DNA from: Rhynchopus sp. YZ270_cl-10
Lineage: Eukaryota
NCBI GenBank assembly: GCA_964035575.1
Contig: OZ037841.1
Span: forward strand, 1-64,000
DNA: 64,000 nucleotides
Direction: 5' to 3'
Shown: one piece after another, positions 35,795-48,100 of the stretch
Position numbering within the stretch: position 1 is the first letter of the stretch
Layout of the letters: the number at the start of each line of letters is the position of its first letter
The notes under the pieces: model-generated
The model's input: the letters and a program-made list of their open reading frames with translations, nothing else
Told to the model about the DNA's origin: nothing
Databases searched by the model: none
Program-made: the position numbers and the translations under genes

Positions 35795-37235
35795 GTAGAC
35801 ATTATGCGATGCTCGGATCTGACCGTACGACCCCGCAATTGACTCAGATGCGCTCAAATACCCCATATACCCAAGAAAAATGCATTTTAGAGTGAAAAGA
35901 AGGTTCGTACATAGGTCATATGTCTGTGTACAGGTATATTTGCCTGTAACCCCAATGTTTGAGCACCAGCTAAGTTGTAGAGAGGGCCTGATACTCGGAA
36001 TTGACCGTGCGACCCCGGAATTGACTCAGATTGGCCCAAAAACCCTATAGTCCCAAGATTTCTTCATTTTCGTGCATATTTGAGGTATTTAGATAAGGTT
36101 ATATGCATGTTGCACCAAAATACAGGTGTTTGTTGCACCTGTAAAATTTGAGACATTGTGTGATGCTCTAATCCGATCGTACGACCCCGCAATTGACTCA
36201 AAAATGCCCAAAAACCCCATATACCCAAGGTTTTTGCATTTTAGAGCATATATGAGCCATTTAGATATGATTATTAGCCATTTTACCCAAAATACAGGTG
36301 TTTGTTGCATAGCTAAAATTTGATAGACATTGTCTGATGCTCGGAACTGACCGTACGACCCCGCAATTGACTCAGATGTGCCCAAAAACCCTATATACCG
36401 AAGATTTATTCATTTTCGTGCGTATTTGAGACATTCAGATATGGTTATATGCATTTTACACCAAAATACATGTGATGGTTGCATATTTGAAATTCTAGAC
36501 ATTGTGTGATACTCGGATCTGATCGTCCGACCCCGCAATTGACTCAAAAATGCCCAAAAACCCCATATTCCCAGGATTTTTGCATTTTAGAGCATTTTTA
36601 AGCTACTTACATGTGGTTATTAGCCATTTTACCCAAAATAGACATGTTTGTTGCATAGTTGAAATTCTAGGTATTGTGTGATGCTCGGATCTGACCGTGC
36701 GACCCCGCAATTGACTCAGATGTGCCCAAAAAACCCATATACCCAAGATTTTTACATTTTCGTGCAAATTTAAGGTATTCAGATATGGTTATATACATTT
36801 TACACCAAAATACAGGTATTCGTTACACAGGTAAAATTCTAGACATTATGTTATGCTCAGATCTGATCGTACGACCACGCAATGAACTCAGATGTGCCCA
36901 AAAACCCCATATACCCAAGATTTTTGCGTTTTAGAGCACATTTTAATTGCTTAGATAGGGTATAAAGGCATTTTGCCCATAATTTTGCGACATTTTACCG
37001 ATTAGGATACTTCTCAAATCGTCCGACCCCGCAATGGATTCAGAATGGCCCAAAAACCCTATATTCCCAAGATTTTTGCACTTTTAAGGGTTTCTGACAT
37101 CCTTAGAGACATTTTCAGGTATTTTGATAAACGGACATTTTGTCTATTAGGATATGTGTGATGCTCAGATTGATTCATCTGACCTCATAATGGATTCAGG
37201 AGCCCCTAAATATGCCATTTTCCCAAAAATTTCTC
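35795..37235. repeat. ~172-bp diverged satellite, 8-9 copies
   Basis: Anchor CGACCCCGCAATTGACTCA near 35828, 36010, 36182, 36356, 36528, 36700, 36872 and 37024. Confidence 0.9.
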
Positions 37236-37373
37236 ACTTTTGACAATTTTGAAGATTCTCAGAAAGAGTGAGGAGACAAAAAAATGAGAAAAATCTGAAA
37301 AAGTCAAAATATAATATCTGTCTCAGGTGTTGAACCCGGGACCGAAAGAATATCGGACCACGGTACAACACAC

Positions 37374-38107
37374 TAGGATTTGGTGACGGGCTAAAAAACC
37401 TGTCGTTCTTGTGTGACACTTCCATGGAAACGTGATGAGGACCACACTTTTTTTACAGGTGGTTTTTTTTGTAAGCACCTCACGCACTGGGCAGGCGGTC
37501 AGCTATTCGCTTCCCGCGGGGCGTTCGCATCACAAAAAAACCTCACTCATGCCTTCATGAACTGGCTTTTCAGGTGAAAAGTGCCCTGTTAAAAAGTGGT
37601 GTTTTTGTGGTACATGACAGATGGTCAAAAGAGTGATCTGACCATATTCCCCAGGTATAACTGGTACTCAAAAAGTTCATTAACGAAGGAATCTTGCACT
37701 TTTGACCATCACATATTACATGTGTTTTTTCAGGTTTTTCAATGCACTTTCCTGTACTGGGAAGCATGCCACAAGTGTCATGTTTTACAAGGTAAAAATG
37801 ACCAAAAAAGCTGATTTTTGGCCGAATGCCACATGTCATTTGGCAGTCCAATTTCTGAACACGACTGAAAAAAAATTTTTTTTTGGGCCTCAATACCCCC
37901 AAACAACACGTTAAGCCCAAAAAATTCACTTTTGGATGAGCAACTATTTATTTAAAAAAATCGATTTTTTGGTCAAATCCCCCTGGTGGTGAGGGGGTGT
38001 GTGTGTGTGTGTTTGATAACTAGTAGGGGTAATTCTTGCTCAGAATATGGCCCCAATGTGTGTGTGTGTGTGGGTGTGTGTGGGTGTGCTGTGTGTGGGT
38101 GTGTAGT
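37374..38107. repeat. ~700-bp direct repeat, copy 1 (ends in a TG-rich tract)
   Basis: Starts TAGGATTTGGTGACGGGCTAAAAAACC; highly similar to 39216-39918. Confidence 0.9.
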
Positions 38108-39215
38108 AGTTTTAGGGGTTCATTTTTTTTTAGGGGTTCATTTTTTTTTACACAAAAAACTATGTTAAGACGAAATCCTACCGATGTGCCTACATGGGGC
38201 GTCCCCCGTTAGTAGTGCGCCAGATGAGGGGCATGAAGCGAAAAGCGGCTAAAGGTGCAGGCCTGTGTTGCAGCACAGGTCTGGAGAGTTGAGGCAACTC
38301 GCCTGCTGAGCGTGAGAGGAATCAAGGCAGAGGTTCGCTGTCCAAGTAAAACCTACCCTGGTCATCCTCTGCCTGTTTTGTTTTCTGTCGTGATTGTTTG
38401 TGTTTGTGGGCGGGATCAGATGGGTGGAGGGTGTTTGCTTTTTGTTTAGCTTGGAGAAGGGCCACTCTCGCACACTCCTTGTTATCTATCATCTAGTTTC
38501 ATTTTTTCATGCATCCCCAAAGTATGTAGACAGAGAGTCAAGACCACCTTGGCCAAAAGGGTTTTTTCACCACACTTTTCTTTTGCTTCCATTCGTGGAA
38601 GCGTTTGCTTTTCTTCTGTTCCTGGCCTGACGTGTGTTCAACAGGTGTGCTATTTTTACCAAGTGGAATCCATTTTTCTTTTTCCAGGTGAGGCACTAAA
38701 ACAAGACATCCTGCAGACAACGAAACAATGGGCACGTGTGTTTTTTATTCTCCCTTCCCTTCTTTTAAGTAAGGAGGATTAGGTCTTCTTTTTTTCCTTT
38801 TTTTGCCCCATAAGTGTGACGCCTGTGTATTCAAATTGATTAAAAAGAATAAAAAACAAACACACGATGCAGTTTCTTGTTTTGTTTAGGAGGAAGTGGC
38901 CACTTACTTTACTTTACCGCCCACCTTTTATACTAAAACTTGAAACACCGACCTTTTTTGGTCATCATTTTTTCATTTCCTTTTTCCTTTTCCATTTTCC
39001 TGTTCATTTTATTGTCTTTATTGTTTACTCCATTCTTCCTTTTTCCTTTCTTCTATTCTCACATACAAAAAAAGACCAAGTACATAAAAGAGAAAAAAAA
39101 AAAAACAACAAACTTTGGGAGGTGTGAAAGAAATTTTTGATGTGTGTTCTGTACATTTGAACTTAGCTAGGGCTAGAGGAAGAAGCTAAAGTCAGACAGA
39201 CAGAAGGAGAAACAG

Positions 39216-39918
39216 TAGGATTTGGTGACGGGCTAAAAAACCTGTCGTTCTTGTGTGACACTTCCATGGAAACGTGATGAGGACCTCACCTTTTTTTACA
39301 GGTGGTTTTTTTTGTAAGGACCTCACACACTGGGCAGGCGGTCAGCTATTCGCTTCCCGCGGGGCGTTCGTGTGCGCGCTTCGCGCGCCCGCTCACGGTA
39401 ACGTGTACAAAAAAACCTCACTCGTGCCTTCATGAACTGGCCTGTAAAGTGGCCTGTAAAAAGTGGTGTTTTTGTGGTAAACGCCAGATGGTCAAAAGAG
39501 TGATCTGACCATATTCCCCAGGTATAACTGGTACTCAAAAGGTTCATTAACGAAGGAATCTTGCACTTTTGACCATCACATATTAGATGTGTTTTTTCAG
39601 GTTTTTCAATGCACTTTCCTGTACTGGGAAGCATGCCACAAGTGTCATGTTTTACAAGGTAAAAATGACCAAAAAAGCTGATTTTTGGCCGAATGCCACA
39701 TGTCATTTGGCAGTCCAATTTCTGAACACGACTGAAAAAAAATTTTTGTTTGGGCCTCATACCCCCAAACAACACGTTAAGCCCAAAAAATTCACTTTTG
39801 GATGAGCAACTATTTATTTAAAAAAATCGATTTTTTGGTCAAATCCCCCTGGTGGTGAGGGGGTGTGTGTGTGTGTGTGTGTGGGTGTGTGTGGGTGTGC
39901 TGTGTGTGGGTGTGTAGT
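39216..39918. repeat. ~700-bp direct repeat, copy 2, with a GCGCGC-TTC-GCGCGC hairpin at 39374-39388
   Basis: Direct comparison with copy 1, which lacks the hairpin segment. Confidence 0.9.
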
Positions 39919-40018
39919 GTGTGTGGTGTGGGTGGCGCACATCTCTATAGTAAAGACTAAAAAACTAAGGTTTTTTAGGACTTAAATGACCTTCCAGAAC
40001 TCTTCCCAATGCGTACCA

Positions 40019-40404
40019 AGCTAAGGAGCTAAGGAGCTAAGGAGCTAAGGAGCTAAGGAGCTAAGGAGCTAAGGAGCTAAGGAGCTAAGGAGCTAAGGAG
40101 CTAAGGAGCTAAGGAGCTAAGGAGCTAAGGAGCTAAGGAGCTAAGGAGCTAAGGAGCTAAGGAGCTAAGGAGCTAAGGAGCTAAGGAGCTAAGGAGCTAA
40201 GGAGCTAAGGAGCTAAGGAGCTAAGGAGCTAAGGAGCTAAGGAGCTAAGGAGCTAAGGAGCTAAGGAGCTAAGGAGCTAAGGAGCTAAGGAGCTAAGGAG
40301 CTAAGGAGCTAAGGAGCTAAGGAGCTAAGGAGCTAAGGAGCTAAGGAGCTAAGGAGCTAAGGAGCTAAGGAGCTAAGGAGCTAAGGAGCTAAGGAGCTAA
40401 GGAG
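40019..40404. repeat. (CTAAGGAG)n 8-bp microsatellite, ~48 perfect units
   Basis: Read directly; abuts the truncated end of Helitron A copy 2. Confidence 0.98.
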
Positions 40405-42187
40405 GGGCCCAAAAACGACGTAATGTACTGGGTTTGGATGTTAGCATTTTCTGAAGATACCTAAAATGGGTGCGGCATTTCACGGCTATTTTTGTGAAGG
40501 AATTGACGATATTTTGTGGTTCTAAGGTGTGTGTATTGTATGTGACGACAATTTCAAAATGTGACATAAGTATGAAATATGGCCAGTATGCCCATAAAAT
40601 GAGGCCATTGCAACCCTGGAGGACCACATTGGACATATTGGGCCAAATTTAGGTGTGTAAGTGTATCGGCTTTAAAATATTTTTTTTCGTGATTTTTGGG
40701 GTCATTTTTTGGCTGGGAAAATTGGGCCACATTTAACCACAACTACTCAAAACATCAAATCTGTGGCTTTAATGGACTGATTGGGCGTTTTTATGACCTG
40801 GACATGGGGGTCAGATACCATTTTAGACATGTTAAAAATTGGTCAGAAGACCCTGAGAGAAGAACCAAGGTCAAATTGACCTTGAGTACTGGGTCAAATT
40901 TGTGTGGGAAAAATGCCCAGTACATAATTGTTGATGCGCAAAAGTACAAAATTCCTTCAGCAATGGCTTCATATGACATTTCCATAACCTGGACATGGGG
41001 GTCAGACTCCACTTTTGACCACCTAAAATTTGGTCATACACATGTATGAGACCCCAAAAACCAGGATTTTGACCAAAAAAATTTTCCCAGCAATTTTTGC
41101 CTACAAAAAATCGAAAAAAAAATTTTTTGATTTTGGCTCTCCGGAGTCTGTGCGTGCTGTGGTGGGGTCAATTTGCGCTGAGAAATGGGTATTTTTGACC
41201 TAAAATGCATGGATCAGTTTTTTCATGATTTTTGGTGTTTTTGGTGTTTTGTGTGGGTTTTTTGGTCAGTACATAGTGTGCAGTGATCAAAAGTGCAAAG
41301 TTCCTTCGTCAATGGCTTCACAGGAAATTTTTATGACCGGGACATGGGGGTCAGACTCCACTTTTGACCACCTAAAATTTGGTCATACACACGTGTGAGA
41401 CCGCAAAAACCAGGATTTTGACCAAAAAAATTTTCCCAGGTACATAATCTGTGCACTGATCAAGATTACAAAATTCATTTGTATGGATGAATTGAATATC
41501 AGGTATGTGTAGGTTTCTGTGTGGGAAGTGGTGGTGATGAGGATAGGAAAAAAGAAACAGTAAAAGTGCGTGAGCTATTCAGTCATTTTGTGTGTTTTTT
41601 CTTTTTCTTTTTCTTTTTCCTTTTCTCATTTTTGATCTTTTTATTTTTATGGCATGACAATACTCTCACCCGCCAAAGTGAGCGCCTTCTTCAAGGTGTA
41701 GTCTTTTTTTAAAGCTATGTTTTAACCTCTTCCGCAAACCCGAAAACCCGCAAACCCTATATTTCCTTATTTTTTTTAATCCAAGACAAAAATATTTTCT
41801 TCATCACAAGAGAGTATCTCCGGCTGGGAAGAAAAAAACAACAAAAACTGCTGATCAAACCGGTCAAAAAGTCTCTGTAAAAATAAAAACTGCTACAATT
41901 TCCAAACTAATTGATTTTTTTTAAAACTAAACGAACTCCACAAAAACAGTTTAAAAAAACAGTGAAACAGAAACAAAAATAAAATCCTTTTTTTTAGATG
42001 GGCTAAGCTTACCCAGTTTTTTTTTTCTCATATTTTTTTTCAATCCAATGAACATGTTCAAACAAATATTTCTTCATCACAAGAGATTTAATCTGATTCT
42101 CTCCGGCTGGGAAGAAAAAAAAAATAAAAATAAAAATAAAAGTCTTTTACAGTAATTTACTGTAAAGAAAAAAGGGAAAAAATTTTT

Positions 42188-45100
42188 TTAGTCAAGATCA
42201 CCCGGTTGAAAGTCAGAAAGGTGATTGTCTGGAAATGTGGGGTAAATTAGGGCTTTTTTATGTGCTTTCAGTACATTTTCTGGAGTTCCTGTACCAATGT
42301 TGAAGTGGGGAGGTTGATAAGTTTGCACTATCAGCAGTCTCTTTTCTGATGGTATTTGCATAAGAACATCTTCAGGAGATTGCCCCTTTGGCAAAAAATG
42401 AAAGCAAGAATATCCTTCTGTCTCATAGGTCCTAGAAGTGACTACTGTGATAAGAGACCTAAGCATGAGAGACATCAGTGCTACTTCTACCTCCTGCGCA
42501 TAACTGTCATCGGCATTATTTGTGACGCGTTGAAGAAGGTCATCAAAGTTCCTGTTTTGTTTACAGGTGTGGTAGAAAAGTTTAGGTTTGCGGGTTTGCG
42601 GGTTTGCACAAATACAAATGCTACATACCTTTTTTTTTTCTCTTCATCATCAAAAAGTAAGGGATGCTCCTGGATCATAATCTCATTCCTGAGCAAGAAC
42701 TCTGCAAATCTTCTGCGTAGAGCATGACCATCATTTCTTTTTCCAGTGAGGAGCTGCTGTATGGCGTGATAGAAACACGTTCCATCACCAGTAACGTCAA
42801 TTTGTCCGAGGTTGAACCTGCTCAGAACATGTTGAATATTATTCTCATTGTTCCTGTAAAATATTGGTAATGGTTTTAAAGTTGTTGACCACGAAAAAAA
42901 CATACCTATTTTTTTCAGAAACTGTAGTTGTTACATTTTTTTGTGGATGAGAAGCTTCTGGAACGTTGTTGTGGATATATTCCCTGTATAAATTGTAGTG
43001 TATTATTTAATTAAAAATGTACAATAATTACTGTAACCATAATGTAATGCTAACATACCATCCCCCCTCTGGAAATGTAAAAGGATAGAAATCCATCGGT
43101 TGTTCTTCTTCATCCTTTGTCCAGGGAGTTACTACAAGAGACCTTCCACATGCCGGGTTGTTGATTTCGTGTTCTTTATCATCAATGGGGCTTCCATCAG
43201 CATCAGGGGAACACACCACTGCAGGGTTTTCTGAAGGGTTTGCTGCACGTTCATGCATGGCCTTTGCATATACAGCCTCTGTAAGCCTCAGGTCCCGCTT
43301 CAGCTGATTCCTCCTTTCCTTACTGACCTTCATCTTTATTCCCCCAACTGACTCCTCAATGGCAGAGATGACCTCCTGGTGGACACAGTTATACAAATTT
43401 GTATCACCTTGAGGTGGAAGACAAATCTTGATGTCATTCCTGCTGCACACCCTTGACATTGCAACGTACAGATGGCCATGAGAGAAGCAGGGCGACTGTG
43501 ACACATCAAGACCCACCCTCCTGAGAGTTTGTCCCTGAGACTTATTAATCGTCATGGCAAAAGACAGCCGCACTGGAAACTGCTGACGTACAAAGTCGAT
43601 GGTGAGATCCTTCGCATCACCATCGCAGGGCAGGCGAGGTATGGCAACAGTTTCTGGCTTTTTCCCGTTTTTGTTCCGCCACTCGCATTCTTCCGCCAGG
43701 TGGGTGCAGACAAGGATGTTCTTCTTCACCTCCTTCACAACAAGACGCGTTCCATTGCACAGTCCACCTGCGGGGTCGAGGTTCTTTAGAAGCATTACAA
43801 TACAGTTGACCTTCAGGTTCAGGATGTGTGGAGGAAGACGTGCATGGTTCATTGCATTGAGTGCTTCAGTGGTGAAGAATTCATTTGCTCCTGGGTCCTT
43901 GCAGGTATCCTCTGACATACGGGTAATTGTCTCTCCTGGGAAGCTGCTGAGAATTTTTTCGTTCATGTAGACCTGGCGTGCGTTTGTAGGGCACAGCAAA
44001 GCACAGTTCTCATACATTCCATTCTTGATGTCAGGAAATGTAAAGTCAATCAAAGTATCCTCAGTCACCTTTTTGTTCTTTTTTTCAAAAATGATAGCAT
44101 GTGGCACCTGCATAACTGCTTCTGTGTCCTCAGCACCCTCCACATCCCCAGCCTCATTCACAGACCCATCACCAACCTTCATGAGGTACTCACGGAAAGC
44201 GTCGTCGTCCTTCACCCTCATGACCTGCGTCAGGGACATTTTTGTGAGTTGGTTCCAGAGGTATGAGTTGTGGAGCGAAATCGAGATGCTTTCAAAGCTC
44301 CCTTTGTTTGCCCCTGGAACAGGAAGGATTTGCCTGAAGTCTCCTCCAAGAAGCACTGTCACTCCTCCAAATGGTTGTGAACATCCCCTCAACCTCTGAA
44401 GCGTTCTGTCTACTACCTCTATGCTTGCCTTTTGTGCCATTACCACCTCATCCCAGACAATGAGGTCAGTGCGCCTTAGGAGTTCGACATGGTCATCATC
44501 AAGCCCGCACATCCGCTTTGAGTTTGGTTCAAGATCTATTGGGATCTTAAATCGGCTGTGTGCAGTTCTGCCTCCTGGTAGTAGTGTAGCTGCTATCCCT
44601 GATGTTGCCACAGCGATTGAAAAGCGGTCCTCCTCATTCTGTTGAAGTGGCTGCTGCTGCTGCTGCTGCTGTTGTTGCTTTGCCCTTGCCCTTCTGCTCC
44701 TGGCCCAGTACAAACACGCCTGGTACAGGAATGTCTTGCCTGTTCCTGCTGCACCCTGCAAAAATATGACCTTCCCCTGGTTACCTTCAACAGATTCCTT
44801 CACAGAGTTGAAGACATTCTGCTGCCCTTCGTTGAGGTTGCCTTGAATCTGTTCAAACTTCTTCAGCATTTCACCCTCATCATACCTCTCTGTGTTTAAG
44901 ACAAACTCTGTGCTCTGCCCTGTAGTACCTTCAGGAGGAGTGGGGAGCCCAAGATCTTCCATTGAAGTCTTAACGTTCGCTTCCTTAAGGAGCCGTTGCA
45001 TGTCTAGCAAAGCTTTACGCTTCTCTTTAGGGTAGATGTGGTTGCTTGGTACTGCTTCCTCCCGTTCCTGCCTTTTTACTCTGTCCAAAGGTGGCGCACA

Positions 45101-48100
45101 CAGCTCAAACTCATACTCTGCCCACGCCTTTGCAACGTCTTCTGCAGTGGTCATGTAGTTTATTATTATCATTGCAAACGTAAAACGGATGGCACGTGAG
45201 GACAGTGTTGTATTGATGCACTCTTTCAGGGCGTTACGCAAGATTGCCCCATCATGGATAAGCCCCATTTCTGCTGCAGCTGCATAAAATGTAGGATGAA
45301 CAACGGAGCCTATGGTTCTCAGCTCTTCAAAGCTGCATGATCCACGCTTGCACAGAAGAAGTAGACGGAGACAGTGCAACTCCTTATCCTTTACAGGGGC
45401 CCAGTACATCCTGCCGATTGAGAGGCCTTCTCCTTCATTTCTTTTTGAGTGAGGGCCAGGTTTATAGCAGCCTTCTTCCTCGCACCACCCATATCCCGGT
45501 CTCAGCTGCCATTCCTTCTTTTCTCTGGGGTAAGAAAAGAATTCTGGGACATCATTGTAAAGTAGTTTGTCAAAGCCTTTGTAGGCTTCATGTGCTGGAA
45601 TGCCTTCACGATGCTTCTTGCATCTTTCATTTGCTTCGAAAAAGGCAAGGAGTGTACTTTTGGATTTTGCAGCCGCATCCCTTCTCCTTGAGTCATCACC
45701 ATAATTCTTTAAAGGAAAGTACACCCTCTGCTCATCTTCGAGGTGGATGTGGAGTCTCTGCACTCCTGGGTAAATCCGCACCATCTTTGTTCCGAGTAGG
45801 TACCCACAAGCATCAGCCGCAGTCAAACAATGTGCCTTCAGAAACCTCATAATGCTCCCAGTGGTCGTGGTCGTTGTTGTGGTTTTTGCTTCTGATGGCC
45901 CTCCTTTATGCTTTGTATCTTCCTTTATCACACCATCTACCTCATTCTCCCCCTTGAATAAGTATTTGAACAAATATTTAGCAGCAAGAATCCCGCGCAC
46001 TGCCTCAATGTTGATGTGGCACTGGTACTTGAGGAGAAGATACGCATTGTAGGGAACCACCCACCTGTTGTTCCTCTGGTTTGGGTGAGTAGTTTCCCCT
46101 GGGTGTTTTTCTTTCCATTTCTTCACAACGTCTGGATCCACATAAGACAGTATCCCATGATCCCTTCTTATGACAAAGGCGTAGCCATCATTGCCAGAGG
46201 TGGTGAAATCTCTGAAGTCCTTGGGGAAGTTGGACTTGCAATATTTGCACTTTCCATCCTTTCCCTTCTGTAGACAGGGAGAGCCTCTATTTTTAAGGCA
46301 GTCATTGTGCATGAGGTACTCGCTTACAGCTTTGTAGAGGTTAGGATGTGTTTCTGGGTCCGGGAGCTCAGCATGCACGATGTGGTCGATGTTGAACGGG
46401 TCCTTAGGTGACGTTTTATTGTTGTTCCAAAGGATTGCGTGGCAGTGAGGGAGCCCTCTCTTCTGGTACTCGGTCACCATCACCATTGCAATATTTTGTC
46501 CAAGAACATTCTTTTTGCGTATGTCGTCCACAAGTTCCTTGACTTTTAAGTCGAACACACGGTGAACAAGCTCCGGACGGTCGAGGGCCGTTTCTCCTTC
46601 GAGAAGATTGGATTGTATCTCCTCCCACATCGGGTTGCATGTCATTGTGAGAAAGAAATCAGCTTTCCCATACTTTGCGTATATTGCAAGTGTGTCGTTG
46701 AGTAATTGTGCCCTCGCAGCTACTCCTCTCTCAAATGAAGAAGGCATAGAGATTTCGTTTGTCGGTGGAATCTGTTTCCCAGAGGTGATGTCTTTCTTGG
46801 AGGCGTAGCCCATTCCCCTTCCAACAATATGGTATTTCAGTCGCTGATACATGCCACGCATCGCCATGTCGATGAAGAACTGCTGTGTCAGCGTTCCATG
46901 CATGAGCAGGGGGTTGTAGGACAACGGGTCTTTGCTGCTGTTCGGACGGTGGTGCATGAGATATGTTGCGTACTGCTTTGCTGAGATGAATGTTGAAGAT
47001 GGTGTCGTTTCAGCTAGGTTAGTAGCGTTGCGAAGAACCTCATGCATTGAGTCCACAGCTCTGTCTTCTTCTGCACAACGTTCCCATCCACCATTCCACT
47101 CTTCAGGGTCTACCTGCATCGCATCATCCTTTTCACCGCTGTTGAGCGCTTCAGGGTTTGGTGCTGTTGGTTCAGGGTTGTTCGTGTTTTGGGCATCATC
47201 ATCATCATCATCATCACTGTCAGATGCAGCTCCGCGGTTCACCACCCTGTGAGGCATCTTCAGGCGGAACCCATTATTCTCGGTGGGATTCAGATGGGCT
47301 AATGGATATGAAAGCAGTTCATAGAGTTGGTTAAAGTCATCAATGATGATTGGTGCGTTCCACTTTGGATCCTTACCCCCATTTTCAGCACACGTAAACA
47401 TTGGGTACACAGTAAATTTGCGCTCTGCAGGTGCGGCTTCATCGATGGTGTAGAACATCTTAACAGCACCCTTTGCCTCATCGGTTGTATATTCTGACCC
47501 TGTCTTGCTTGCCAGGACTTCATGGAAGTCAATCCTCATCTTCTTCAGCTCATCCTCGCGACCCTTATACTGCTGTGAAATTGCTTTGAACTTTGCTGCA
47601 AATGCATTGTCTCCAAGAAGAAGATGACACTTCTCAGCAAGACCAAGAAGATTGTCAGGGAGGACCCCTCCAGTCATGCTTTTTTTATTGTCTGTGCTGC
47701 TGACGTTTGGATCAACAAACCAGGACTCTGTGAGAGCATCGTCATAAAAGCCATTGAATTTTTTTAATCCCCTACCTTCCAGAGCCACTGCTGAGAAGCC
47801 CTTTGGCACACGGCTGTCTCGGCGGATTTTGTTCTCTACCATCGCGAAGAATGCGTTCAGCTGAATTGAAACCCTTTTGTAGAATTTGTCCTGAAGAAGT
47901 TCAAGGTGGTCTTGGCTGATTATTTTGGGCATATCTGGCAGGGACACCTTTCCACCAGTGCAGCATATTTTTGATGACTCTCCACGAAACAGCAATGCCC
48001 CGCAATGCTTGCAGGGTTTGTCCATCTCTCCGCATGAGTGCTTCTTAATGCTGTCATCCACCTCTTCGCGCAGTGCTGCCCCCAGGTGCCGGTAGGTGAA

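Noticed and set aside
38165..38260. Possible hammerhead ribozyme or structured RNA (CAGATGAG...CGAAA)
   Set aside because: The core reads CAGATGA rather than CTGATGA and I could not build the three stems; an Infernal/Rfam scan would settle it.
37374..39918. LTR pair of a TRIM/LTR retroelement
   Set aside because: No TG...CA ends, TSD, primer-binding site or gag/pol sequence is evident.
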